64,000 nt of DNA from an uncultured Oscillospiraceae bacterium (lineage in GTDB: Bacteria > Bacillota > Clostridia > Oscillospirales > Oscillospiraceae), in contig CANRBG010000002.1 in NCBI GenBank assembly GCA_947628805.1, positions 11,769-75,768 of the forward strand. The letters are read 5' to 3'. The first letter of the stretch is position 1; every line of letters begins with the position of its first letter. Both the position numbers and the translations under genes were made by a program. Below, piece after piece: positions 9,088 to 17,752 of the stretch. The notes under the pieces are model-generated. The model was given only the letters and a program-made list of their open reading frames with translations, was not told the origin of the DNA and made no database searches.

Positions 9088-10533
9088 ATGTCATTTGCTG
9101 AGATCGTAACGAAAGTTGACGGCTGGGTATGGGGCCCCGTACTGTTGGTCCTGCTGGCCGGCACGGGCGTCTATCTGAGCGTACGGATGGGCTTCCCCCA
9201 GTTCCGCAAGTTCGGCTATGCCATGAAGAACACCATCGGAAAGATGTTCTCCAAGCAGCAGGCCGGCGAGGGCGAGGTCACCCCGTTCCAGGCGGTGACG
9301 ACGGCCCTGGCGGCTACCGTGGGCACCGGCAACATCGCCGGCGTCACCGGCGCTATCGTGGCAGGCGGTCCCGGCGCGGTGTTCTGGATGTGGCTGTGCG
9401 CCCTGTTCGGAATGTGCACCAAGTACTCCGAGGTGCTGCTGGCGGTCAAGTACCGGGAGCGCAACGACAAGGGCGACTGGGTCGGCGGCCCCATGTACTA
9501 CATAAAGAACGGTCTGGGCAAGGGCTGGTCCTGGCTGGGCGTGCTGTTCTGCCTGTTCGGCGCCCTGGCGGCTTTCGGCATCGGCAACATGACCCAGGTC
9601 AACTCCATCGCCTCCGCCCTGAACGGCGCCATCGGCGCTTTCGGCGGCAACGCGGATAAGACCGTCGCCCTGTTCGGCCAGGCCGTGCCTCTGACCAGCC
9701 TGATCTTCGGCGTCGTGGTGGCGGTGATCGTGGGCCTGGTGCTGTTCGGCGGCATCAAGCGCATCGGCTCCGTGACGGAGAAGCTGGTCCCCGTCATGGC
9801 TGTCATTTACATCGTGTTCTCCCTGGTGGTGATCTTCGCCAACGTGAAGTTCATCCCCCAGACCTTTGGTATGATCTTCAAGGGCGCGTTCACCCCGGAC
9901 GCGGCGCTGGGCGGCGCTTTCGGCATCATGATCATGACCACCATCCAGAAGGGTGTCGGCCGGGGCGTGTTCTCCAATGAGGCCGGTATGGGCTCCGCGC
10001 CCATGGCCCACGCGGCCACCTCTGAGAGCGAGCCCGTGAAGCAGGGCCTGTACGGCATCTTCGAGGTGTTCATGGACACCATCGTGATCTGCACCATGAC
10101 CTCTCTTGTGCTGCTGACCGCCTACTGCCGGCTGGGCGACGGCCTGGGCATCGAGTGGGGCGGCAACGGCGACGCGCAGCTGATCCAGGCGGCCATGGGC
10201 TCCGTGGTAGGCGGCAGGCTGGGCGCGCTGGTGGTGGCCGTGGGCCTGAGCCTGTTCGCCCTGAGCACTATCATCAGCTGGTCCCTGTATGGCTCCCGCT
10301 GCTTTGAGTATCTGTGCGGCAAGAAGCTGGGCACCAAGCTCAGCGTGATCTACAAGATCATCTTCCTGGTGCTGCTGCCTGTGGGCGCCACTTTGAAGAT
10401 CGGCGTGGTGTGGGATCTGGCCGACGCCCTCAACGGCATGATGGCCTTCCCCAACCTGGTGGCTCTGCTGGCCCTGTCCGGCGTCATCATCAAGACCACC
10501 AAGGACTATTTCAGCGACAAGAGCAAGCTGTAA
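9088..10533 (+). CDS. agcS: Alanine/glycine:cation symporter (AGCS family)
   Basis: 481 aa multi-TM protein with a typical AGCS N-terminus (GPVLLVLLAGTGVYLSVRMGFPQFRKF) and TALAATVGTGNIAGV motif. RBS AAGGAGAG precedes the ATG. Confidence 0.9.
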   Translation: MSFAEIVTKVDGWVWGPVLLVLLAGTGVYLSVRMGFPQFRKFGYAMKNTIGKMFSKQQAGEGEVTPFQAVTTALAATVGTGNIAGVTGAIVAGGPGAVFWMWLCALFGMCTKYSEVLLAVKYRERNDKGDWVGGPMYYIKNGLGKGWSWLGVLFCLFGALAAFGIGNMTQVNSIASALNGAIGAFGGNADKTVALFGQAVPLTSLIFGVVVAVIVGLVLFGGIKRIGSVTEKLVPVMAVIYIVFSLVVIFANVKFIPQTFGMIFKGAFTPDAALGGAFGIMIMTTIQKGVGRGVFSNEAGMGSAPMAHAATSESEPVKQGLYGIFEVFMDTIVICTMTSLVLLTAYCRLGDGLGIEWGGNGDAQLIQAAMGSVVGGRLGALVVAVGLSLFALSTIISWSLYGSRCFEYLCGKKLGTKLSVIYKIIFLVLLPVGATLKIGVVWDLADALNGMMAFPNLVALLALSGVIIKTTKDYFSDKSKL

Positions 10534-10601
10534 GAGCTTTCGGATAATATGCGCCCTGCCCCCGGAAGGCCGGGGGCGGGCGTGCGTCTAAGGAGATACC
10601 C

Positions 10602-12056
10602 ATGATCATTTCGGAAGTCGTTGTTTTTATCGTATATTTGCTGTTCATGATCGCCATCGGCCTGTGGTTCTTCTTCAAGGGCCGGTCCGGCGGCGAGAAA
10701 GGCTACTTCCTGGGCGGCCGGCAGATGGGCCCCTGGGTGACGGCTCTGTCCGCCGGCGCGTCGGATATGAGCGCGTGGGTGCTGATGGGCATGCCCACCT
10801 CCATCTACGCCCTGGGCCTGGGCCAGACCTGGATCCCCGTGGGTCTTGCCATCGGCTATACCCTCAGCTGGATCTTCGAAGCCCCTCGGCTGCGGAAGTT
10901 CTCCATCGTGGCGGACGACTCCATCACCATCCCCCAGTATCTGACCCGGCGGTTTTTGTCCAGATCAAAGGCCCTGCAGATCGTGTGCGCGGTGATCTTC
11001 CTGGTGGCCTACACCATCTACGCGGCCTCCAGCGTGAAGGCCTGCGGCACTCTGTTCAATACGGTGATCGGCCTGAATGAGCGCACGGCCATGTATCTGG
11101 CTGCCTTCATCATCATTGCCTATACGTTTTTGGGCGGGTTCTCGGCGGTTTGCTGGACGGACTTCTTCCAGGGCATGCTGATGCTGGGCGCGCTGCTGAT
11201 CGCGCCCATCTTCGCCGCCACTATGCTGGACGCGGGAGCGGGGGAGAGCCTGCCGGCGGGATACATGAACCCCTTTACCACATGGCAGGACATCGTCTCC
11301 GGCCTGGGCTGGGGCATCGGCTACTTCGGCATGCCCCACATCATCATCCGGTTCATGAGTTTGAAGAGCCAGAAAGACCTGAAAAAATCCGCCGTCATCG
11401 GCGTGACCTGGACGGTGCTGATCGTGCTGTTCGCCACGCTGGTGGGCGTGATCGGGCGTATGTTCCTGGGCTATGACGAGACCATTGAGGGCAATTCCCT
11501 GGTGTTCATCACCATGACCCGGCGTATCTTCCCGGGGGTCATCTCCGGTATCCTGCTGTCGGCGGTGCTGGCGGCTTCCATGTCCACGGCGGACAGCCAG
11601 CTGCTGGCGGCGGCGTCGGCCTTTGCCAGCGACGTGTATAAGCCCGTTTTCCGCAAGAACAAGGCCGGGGACAAGGAGATGCTCTGGGCCGGCCGGCTGG
11701 TGGTCATCGCCATATCGGTGATCGCGCTGCTGATCGCGGCGGATCCGGACGCGGGCTCCATCATGGACCTGGTGTCCAATGCCTGGGGCGTGTTCGGCGC
11801 GGCCTTTGGCCCGGCCATCATGCTGAGTCTGTATTGGAAGCGGTTCACCTTCGCCGGCGCGGTGGCCGGCATCGTGGTGGGCGCGGCCACGGATATCCTG
11901 TGGCTGGCGTACCTGTCCGGCACCGGTGTGTACGAGATCGTGCCCGGCGCGGCGGCGGGCCTCATCGCGGCGGTGGTGGTGAGTCTGGTCACCAAGGCTC
12001 CCGGCAAGGACGTGGAGGACCTGTTCGACAAGGCCGCGGCCTATACCGAGGAATGA
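10602..12056 (+). CDS. putP: Sodium/proline symporter (SSS family)
   Basis: 484 aa with YFLGGRQMGPWVTALSAGASDMSAWVLMGMP, the SSS/PutP signature. RBS AAGGAG. Only a GC hairpin without a T-tail separates it from agcS. Confidence 0.85.
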   Translation: MIISEVVVFIVYLLFMIAIGLWFFFKGRSGGEKGYFLGGRQMGPWVTALSAGASDMSAWVLMGMPTSIYALGLGQTWIPVGLAIGYTLSWIFEAPRLRKFSIVADDSITIPQYLTRRFLSRSKALQIVCAVIFLVAYTIYAASSVKACGTLFNTVIGLNERTAMYLAAFIIIAYTFLGGFSAVCWTDFFQGMLMLGALLIAPIFAATMLDAGAGESLPAGYMNPFTTWQDIVSGLGWGIGYFGMPHIIIRFMSLKSQKDLKKSAVIGVTWTVLIVLFATLVGVIGRMFLGYDETIEGNSLVFITMTRRIFPGVISGILLSAVLAASMSTADSQLLAAASAFASDVYKPVFRKNKAGDKEMLWAGRLVVIAISVIALLIAADPDAGSIMDLVSNAWGVFGAAFGPAIMLSLYWKRFTFAGAVAGIVVGAATDILWLAYLSGTGVYEIVPGAAAGLIAAVVVSLVTKAPGKDVEDLFDKAAAYTEE

Positions 12057-12075
12057 AAACGGAACAAAAAATAGC

Positions 12076-12111
12076 GGGAGAGACAGCCGGTTGCGCTGTC
12101 TCTCCCTTTTT
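12076..12111. terminator. Bidirectional terminator between putP and the convergent ABC permease gene
   Basis: 12-bp stem gggagagacagc / gctgtctctccc, flanked by an A-run upstream and TTTTT downstream. Confidence 0.8.
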
Positions 12112-12116
12112 GTGGT

Positions 12117-12902
12117 CTATCGGATATCCTTTTTACAGTACCGGATGTAAGCCGCCGCCGCACCGGCCCAGGCCAGCAGCGCGCCCAGAGCCGCCAGGAC
12201 CGGGTCCGGCCAGCCATTGGTCAGGATATCCGCGCCGTCGCAGTAACCGAAAGGCGTCAGGTATTTTAAAAAACCAGCCCGCTCCGTCATGTTGGCCGCC
12301 AGATCCAGAAGATACGCCCCGGCCGCCAGGCCCATGCCCAGACCCGGGCCGCCCCGTCGCAGGAAGGCGGACAGACCGAAGCAGAGGCAGGCCAGCTCTG
12401 TGTGCATCAGCCAGCAGGCCCCGTGCAGGGCCAGGAGCTTTCCCCAGGGGATGGCCTGGCCGATCAGGCGTATGCCAAGCAGCGCCAGGACCAGCAGGGC
12501 CAAGTCCATCACGACGACCTGGACCAGGACCGCCGCCAGCTTTTCCGTGACGGCCCGGGCCCGGGACAGGGGATGGGTCAGCAGAAATTCCGCCGTACGG
12601 CCCCGTTCCTCCTTTGCCAGGGCGGACACGCCGGTCAAAGCGGCGTAAAAGGCACCGCCCAGGGCCAGGACGTTGCCGCACTCCACGGCGTAAAAGCCCA
12701 TGAAAGACCCAAAATCCAGCCGGTCCATGCCAAAGGCGGCGGTGAAAGCCCCCATGGAGGCGAAAAGCCGGCCTGCGGCGGCCATCTCGTCCTGCATTTC
12801 GGGATACAGCCCCACGCAGACGGCCAGCAGAAAGCCCACGGAGGCGGTCCAGACGATCAGGGCGGTCCTGCCCTGGCGCAGTTCGTGGCGGAAAAGGATC
12901 AT
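12117..12902 (-). CDS. ABC-2 type transporter permease
   Basis: 261 aa with six predicted TM segments, overlapping the upstream ATPase gene by 4 nt. Confidence 0.75.
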   Translation of the reverse strand: MILFRHELRQGRTALIVWTASVGFLLAVCVGLYPEMQDEMAAAGRLFASMGAFTAAFGMDRLDFGSFMGFYAVECGNVLALGGAFYAALTGVSALAKEERGRTAEFLLTHPLSRARAVTEKLAAVLVQVVVMDLALLVLALLGIRLIGQAIPWGKLLALHGACWLMHTELACLCFGLSAFLRRGGPGLGMGLAAGAYLLDLAANMTERAGFLKYLTPFGYCDGADILTNGWPDPVLAALGALLAWAGAAAAYIRYCKKDIR

Positions 12903-13780
12903 GCCCGGCCGCCCCCTTTCCCGTAGCAGTGCAGAAATACCGACTCCAGGTCCGGCTCCGGGATGGTCACGTCCCGGACGTCGCCCGCCGCCAGGGTCCG
13001 CAGCAGGGCGCCCATGTCGCCGCTATAGAGGAATTCCGCCCCATCCGTGGCAAGGCGCAGGGACTGGACGCCGGACAGACCCTCCAGGGCGGCCCGGCCA
13101 CGGATGCTGACCCGCCTTGTGCCGGCGCGGGTAAGCGCATCCACGCTGCCGGCGGCCACGATGGACCCGTCCCGGATGATGGCGGCGTGGGCGCAGCTTC
13201 GCTGGACCTCCGACAGGATGTGGCTGGACAGGAACACGGTGGCCCCCGCCGCGTTGCGCCGACGAAGGATGTCGAAGAACGCCCGCTGCATCAGCGGGTC
13301 CAGGCCGGAGGTGGGCTCGTCCAGGATCAGCAGCTCCGGCTCATGCTGCAAAGCGCAGACGATGGCGGCCTTTTTCCGGTTGCCCAGGGACAGCTCGTCT
13401 ATCTTCCGGGAGGGGTTCAGGTCAAGCTGCTCACAGAGCCGGTCCGCCTCCCGGGCACAGTCCCGGGCCCGGAGACCGGCGGACAGCCGCAGCGCGTCTC
13501 GCACCCGCATACCGGGCCAGAAGGCCGTCTCCGCCGGCAGATAGCCCACCCGGGCCAGGATCGCCTCCCGGTCCCGGGCCACGTCCAGGCCCAGTATCTC
13601 TGCCCGGCCAGAGGTGGGGCGCAGAAGGCCCAAGAGCGTGCGGATCAGGGTGGATTTGCCCGCCCCGTTGGGGCCCATGAAGCCGAAAAAGTCCCCTTGC
13701 TCCGCGGTCAGGCCGATGCGCTCGATACCCCGGGTCCTGCCGTAGTATTTGGTCAGGCCCTCCGTTTTGATGGCGTACAT
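12899..13780 (-). CDS. ABC transporter ATP-binding protein
   Basis: Walker A GPNGAGKST, signature LSLGNRKK, Walker B LLILDEPTSGLD. Confidence 0.9.
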   Translation of the reverse strand: MYAIKTEGLTKYYGRTRGIERIGLTAEQGDFFGFMGPNGAGKSTLIRTLLGLLRPTSGRAEILGLDVARDREAILARVGYLPAETAFWPGMRVRDALRLSAGLRARDCAREADRLCEQLDLNPSRKIDELSLGNRKKAAIVCALQHEPELLILDEPTSGLDPLMQRAFFDILRRRNAAGATVFLSSHILSEVQRSCAHAAIIRDGSIVAAGSVDALTRAGTRRVSIRGRAALEGLSGVQSLRLATDGAEFLYSGDMGALLRTLAAGDVRDVTIPEPDLESVFLHCYGKGGGRA

Positions 13781-13783
13781 GGC

Positions 13784-14395
13784 TCACTCCTTTCGCAGAT
13801 AGACGCTCTTCCAAAAAGCCACAAGGCCGGTGAAATCACGCTCCATCCGCTCCATGTCCACATCGCCCCGCTGGACCATCTCCCACAGATAGCCCTCCGA
13901 GGCCCAGTACATGTCCCGGTACATCATGGCGACGTCCAGGCCGGGGACGAACTGGTCCGGGTCCAGGTTCAGCCGGGTCTGGTCCGCCTTGAAGTTGAAG
14001 TACCGGTGATAGCTCTCCTGGATGGCGGCGCAGATCTCCGGGTCCTTTTCATAGAACGCCCGGACGGCGAAGCCCGCCATGTCCGGGTACCGGCGGATGA
14101 GCTCCATCTTGGCCCGCATGCCCCGCTCCATGGCCTCGAAAAGCTCCAGCCGCCCATAGCAGCCGTACCGGGTCAGGACCTGGATGGTCATTTGGGCGCA
14201 CCGGTCCCACAGGAAGAGATACAGCTCCTTCTTGTTGCGAAAGTAGTGGAAAAGCAGGCTCTTGCTGATGCCCGCCTCGGCGGCGATCTCGCTCATGGGG
14301 CTGTTTTTGTAGGCGTTTTGGGAAAACACCCGGTAGCCCGCGCTGACGATGGCCCGCCGCCGCTCCAAGGGCAGGGAAAAGAATTTCTCGTTCAT
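13784..14395 (-). CDS. TetR/AcrR family transcriptional regulator
   Basis: N-terminal HTH (SPMSEIAAEAGISKSLLFHYFRNKKELY). It is the first gene of a tight tetR-ATPase-permease operon. Confidence 0.9.
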   Translation of the reverse strand: MNEKFFSLPLERRRAIVSAGYRVFSQNAYKNSPMSEIAAEAGISKSLLFHYFRNKKELYLFLWDRCAQMTIQVLTRYGCYGRLELFEAMERGMRAKMELIRRYPDMAGFAVRAFYEKDPEICAAIQESYHRYFNFKADQTRLNLDPDQFVPGLDVAMMYRDMYWASEGYLWEMVQRGDVDMERMERDFTGLVAFWKSVYLRKE

Positions 14396-14408
14396 GGCAT
14401 ACCTCCGT

Positions 14409-14422
14409 TGACCGGCCGGTCA
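14409..14422. promoter_or_regulatory. Candidate TetR operator (perfect 14-bp palindrome)
   Basis: TGACCGGCCGGTCA lies immediately beside the tetR RBS (acctcc, 14401-14406). The 9-mer CGTTGACCG recurs at 14406-14414 and 14438-14446. Confidence 0.5.
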
Positions 14423-14581
14423 GTATGATCATATAACCGTTGACCGTTTTTGGGAAGACCTTGAAGACCTTTTCCGAAAGGGCGGCGGGATAAATGAAAT
14501 GGACCGGAGAGAGGCGCATTCTTTCACAATTTACACAAAATTTCGCCGGTGTTTTCGGTGAATTCTTGCCCCATCTGTCGG

Positions 14582-14610
14582 TTGACAAGGCGGGAGGGAG
14601 GGGCTATAAT
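14582..14610 (+). promoter_or_regulatory. Consensus sigma-A promoter of the met leader
   Basis: TTGACA, 17 nt spacer, TATAAT (perfect consensus hexamers). Confidence 0.75.
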
Positions 14611-14616
14611 AACCAC

Positions 14617-14904
14617 AACCTCGCAAGAGGGACAATCGAATACCACACAAAGGCAATGAAAAGAAGAGTAAGCGGAAAGGTATGCCGCAGAGAGCCCCGG
14701 CAGCTGAAAAGGGGCGCAGAGAGTCCGCCGAACATGGTCTTGGAGCCGCGTGGGCGATATGTAGTCCGCGACGGGGGCGCCCGTTACAGCGCAGGGGTTT
14801 GATGGAACCCTCAAAGGCATGCGCCGCGAGGCGTATGTGAAGCAAGGTGGTACCACGGCGTATGTATGTCGTCCTTGATGTCGATCAAGGACGATTTTGT
14901 TTTT
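14617..14904 (+). promoter_or_regulatory. T-box leader (probably Met-specific) with terminator/antiterminator
   Basis: AGAGAG bulge and GCTGAAAAGGGG distal-loop-like elements; T-box motif AAGGTGGTACCACGG (14844-14858). Terminator has a 10-bp stem cgtccttgat/atcaaggacg (14870-14893) followed by ATTTTGTTTTT. An ATG triplet at 14733-14735 sits in the presumptive specifier region. Confidence 0.8.
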
Positions 14905-14917
14905 GAGTGAGGTACAT

Positions 14918-15940
14918 ATGAGCGAGACGATCATCCGCATCGAGCATCTGTATAAGACCTTCGGCTCCGGCGACGGCAAGGTGGAGGCCCTGCAGGACAT
15001 CGATCTGGACATCCAAAAGGGTGAGATATTCGGCATCATCGGCCTGTCCGGCGCGGGCAAGAGTACCCTGGTCCGGTGCATGAACCTGCTGGAAAAGCCT
15101 ACCCGGGGCACGGTGACCTTTGCCGGCCAGGAGCTGACGGCCATGAAGGAGAAGGACCTGCGCAAGGCCCGCCGGAGCATGAGCATGATCTTCCAGGGCT
15201 TCAACCTGCTGATGCAGCGCACGGCCTTGCAGAACATCTGCTTCCCCCTGGAGCTGAACGGGGTGAAGGGGGAGGCCGGCTGGCGGGAGAAGCGGGCCAG
15301 AGAGCTTTTGAAGATCGTGGGCCTGCCCGACAAGGCGGACGCCTACCCGGTGCAGCTGTCCGGCGGCCAGAAGCAGCGCATCGCCATTGCCCGGGCCCTG
15401 GCGGACGAGCCGAAGGTGCTGCTGTGCGACGAGGCCACCAGCGCCCTGGACCCCACCACCACCCAGGCCATCCTGGATCTTCTCAAGAAGATCAACCGGG
15501 AGATGGGGGTCACCGTGGTGGTCATCACCCACGAGATGCGGGTGGTGGAGCAGATATGCGACCGGGTGGCCATCCTGGACGGCGGCATGATCCAGGAGCA
15601 GGGGAACGTGGCGGAGATATTCTCCAACCCCCGCACGGAGGCGGGCCGGCGTCTGGTGATGCCGAACGGGGAGAAGATCCACGTACTGCCGGAAAATCGG
15701 CTGGTGCGGCTGGCCTTCAACGGGGCCACCTCCGGCGAGCCCATCATCGCCACCCTGGCGGCGGAGCAGGGTATCAAGCTCAACATCATCAGCGCGGATA
15801 CCCGCACCATCGGGGACAAGAGCTTCGGCACTATGGTGCTGGGCCTGCCGGAGGACGAGACCGAGGCGGCCCGAGCCCTGATCTATTTACGGGAGATACC
15901 CGGCGTGACGGCGGAGGAGGTGACGGACCTTGTTCAGTGA
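14918..15940 (+). CDS. metN: Methionine ABC transporter ATP-binding protein
   Basis: Walker A GLSGAGKST, LSGGQKQR, LLCDEATSALD, and a C-terminal NIL/ACT-like domain. ATG at 14918 follows GAGGT. Confidence 0.9.
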   Translation: MSETIIRIEHLYKTFGSGDGKVEALQDIDLDIQKGEIFGIIGLSGAGKSTLVRCMNLLEKPTRGTVTFAGQELTAMKEKDLRKARRSMSMIFQGFNLLMQRTALQNICFPLELNGVKGEAGWREKRARELLKIVGLPDKADAYPVQLSGGQKQRIAIARALADEPKVLLCDEATSALDPTTTQAILDLLKKINREMGVTVVVITHEMRVVEQICDRVAILDGGMIQEQGNVAEIFSNPRTEAGRRLVMPNGEKIHVLPENRLVRLAFNGATSGEPIIATLAAEQGIKLNIISADTRTIGDKSFGTMVLGLPEDETEAARALIYLREIPGVTAEEVTDLVQ

Positions 15941-16619
15941 GAAAAATGTGGAGCTTTTGATGGACATTGTCCACAGCGAACTGGCCGCCGCCATCGGCGA
16001 GACGCTGATCATGACGTTCCTGCCAACATTGCTTGCCTTCGCTATCGGCCTGCCCCTGGGGGTGCTGCTGGTCACCGGCGACAAGCGTGGCGTCCGGCCC
16101 CTGCCGGGGCCGCTGATGCAGGTTTTGAATGTGGTCATCAACCTGCTGCGCAGCGTGCCGTTTCTCATTTTGCTGGTGGTGGTGCTGCCCCTGTCGCGGC
16201 TGATCGTGGGCACGTCCGTGGGCACCAAGGCCATCATCGTACCGCTGACCATCGCCGCATTCCCCTTTGTGGCCCGGCTGGTGGAGACCTCCATCCGGGA
16301 GGTGGATCAGGGGGTGATCGAGGCGGCCCAGGCCATGGGCGCCAGTCCCATGCAGATCGTGACCAAGGTCATGATCCCGGAGGCCAAGCCGGCTCTGATC
16401 TCCAACTTCTGCGTGGCGCTGATCACCATCTTCGGCTACGGCGCCATGGCGGGCATCCTGGGCGGCGGCGGCTTGGGCGCCATCGCCATCAACTATGGCT
16501 ACTACCGCCGGCGGGAGCTGGTCATGTGGGTCATGGTGATCCTGCTGATCGTGCTGGTGCAGATCTTCCAGAGCGTGGGCAATTTTGTCACCAACCGCAG
16601 CGATAAACGCATCCGCTGA
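15930..16619 (+). CDS. metI: Methionine ABC transporter permease
   Basis: 229 aa, five TM segments, MetI-like. TTG start is preceded by GGAGGAGGTGA and overlaps the metN stop. Confidence 0.85.
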   Translation: MFSEKNVELLMDIVHSELAAAIGETLIMTFLPTLLAFAIGLPLGVLLVTGDKRGVRPLPGPLMQVLNVVINLLRSVPFLILLVVVLPLSRLIVGTSVGTKAIIVPLTIAAFPFVARLVETSIREVDQGVIEAAQAMGASPMQIVTKVMIPEAKPALISNFCVALITIFGYGAMAGILGGGGLGAIAINYGYYRRRELVMWVMVILLIVLVQIFQSVGNFVTNRSDKRIR

Positions 16620-16723
16620 AAGCGTTCACTTCTTTCGTTATCCCTCGCGTTTCCGGTGCACAGGAGCGGCGCGACGTGATATAAACCAACAAATTATTTT
16701 AAAATGGAAAAGGAGACACCAAA

Positions 16724-17617
16724 ATGAAGAAGATCCTTGCAACTGTTCTGGCTCTGGCCCTGTGCCTGAGCCTGGGCGCGGCCGCCCTGGCCGACGACGA
16801 GACCGTCACCCTGAAGGTGGGCGCGTCCCCCACGCCCCACGCGGAGATCCTGGAGTTCGCCAAGGACATCCTGGCCGAGCAGGGCATCGAGCTGGACATC
16901 GTGGAGTACACCGACTATGTGCAGCCCAACCTGGCCGTGGAGAGCGGGGACCTGGACGCCAACTACTTCCAGCACACCCCCTATCTGAACACCTTCAACG
17001 AGGAGAACGACACCCATCTGGTGAGCGTGGGCCTGGTCCACTATGAGCCCTTCGGCATCTATCCGGGCGCTACCGCCACCCTGGAGGATCTGGAAGACGG
17101 CGCCACCATCGCCGTGCCCAACGACGGCTCCAACGAGACCCGCGCGTTGCTGCTGCTCCAGCAGGAGGGCCTGATCACCCTGAAGGAGGGCATCGACGCC
17201 TCCTCCAACGCCACCAAGCTGGACATCGAGGAGAATCCCCACGACTATGAGATCCAGGAGATGGAGGCCGCGCAGCTGCCCCTGGTGCTGGAGGATGTGG
17301 ACATTGCCGTTATCAACGGTAACTACGCCCTGGATGCGGGCCTGAACGCGGGCACCGACGCCCTGGCAGTGGAGGACGCCTCCGGCGACGGCGCCAAGAC
17401 CTACGCCAACATCCTGTGCGTCAAGGAGGGCAATGAGACCAACGAGGCCGTCCTGGCTCTGCTGGAGGTCCTGCAGTCCGACGAGGTAGCCCAGTTCATC
17501 GACGAGACCTATGAGGGCGCCGTAGTGGCCATCACCGGCGCGGACGAGGCCGAAGAGGAAGCCCCCGCCGAGGAAGCTGCCGAGGAAGAGGCCGACGCTG
17601 AGGAAGCCGGCGAATAA
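16724..17617 (+). CDS. metQ: Methionine-binding (NlpA/MetQ family) substrate-binding protein with poly-acidic C-terminal tail
   Basis: Signal peptide MKKILATVLALALCLSLGAAALA; MetQ-like core (LKVGASPTPHAEILE..., NYFQHTPYL). The last ~27 aa are ADEAEEEAPAEEAAEEEADAEEAGE. Confidence 0.9.
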   Translation: MKKILATVLALALCLSLGAAALADDETVTLKVGASPTPHAEILEFAKDILAEQGIELDIVEYTDYVQPNLAVESGDLDANYFQHTPYLNTFNEENDTHLVSVGLVHYEPFGIYPGATATLEDLEDGATIAVPNDGSNETRALLLLQQEGLITLKEGIDASSNATKLDIEENPHDYEIQEMEAAQLPLVLEDVDIAVINGNYALDAGLNAGTDALAVEDASGDGAKTYANILCVKEGNETNEAVLALLEVLQSDEVAQFIDETYEGAVVAITGADEAEEEAPAEEAAEEEADAEEAGE

Positions 17618-17630
17618 ACCGCATTTTACC

Positions 17631-17660
17631 GCCCCGGTCCCCAAGGACCGGGGCTTTTTT
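17631..17660 (+). terminator. Rho-independent terminator after metQ
   Basis: gccccggtcc / ggaccggggc stem with a 4-nt loop, then TTTTTT. Confidence 0.85.
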
Positions 17661-17752
17661 GTCCCAAAATGGCTTTACAACGACCGGGACAGGTGGTATA
17701 AGTAAACTAGAGAAGTATAGGCGGCGTGCCGTCTCTTGTGGGAGGAAACGGT

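Noticed and set aside
14600-14900. Expected a SAM (S-box) riboswitch upstream of metNIQ
   Set aside because: No SAM-I core elements were seen. Instead the T-box motif AAGGTGGTACCACGG and its terminator are present.
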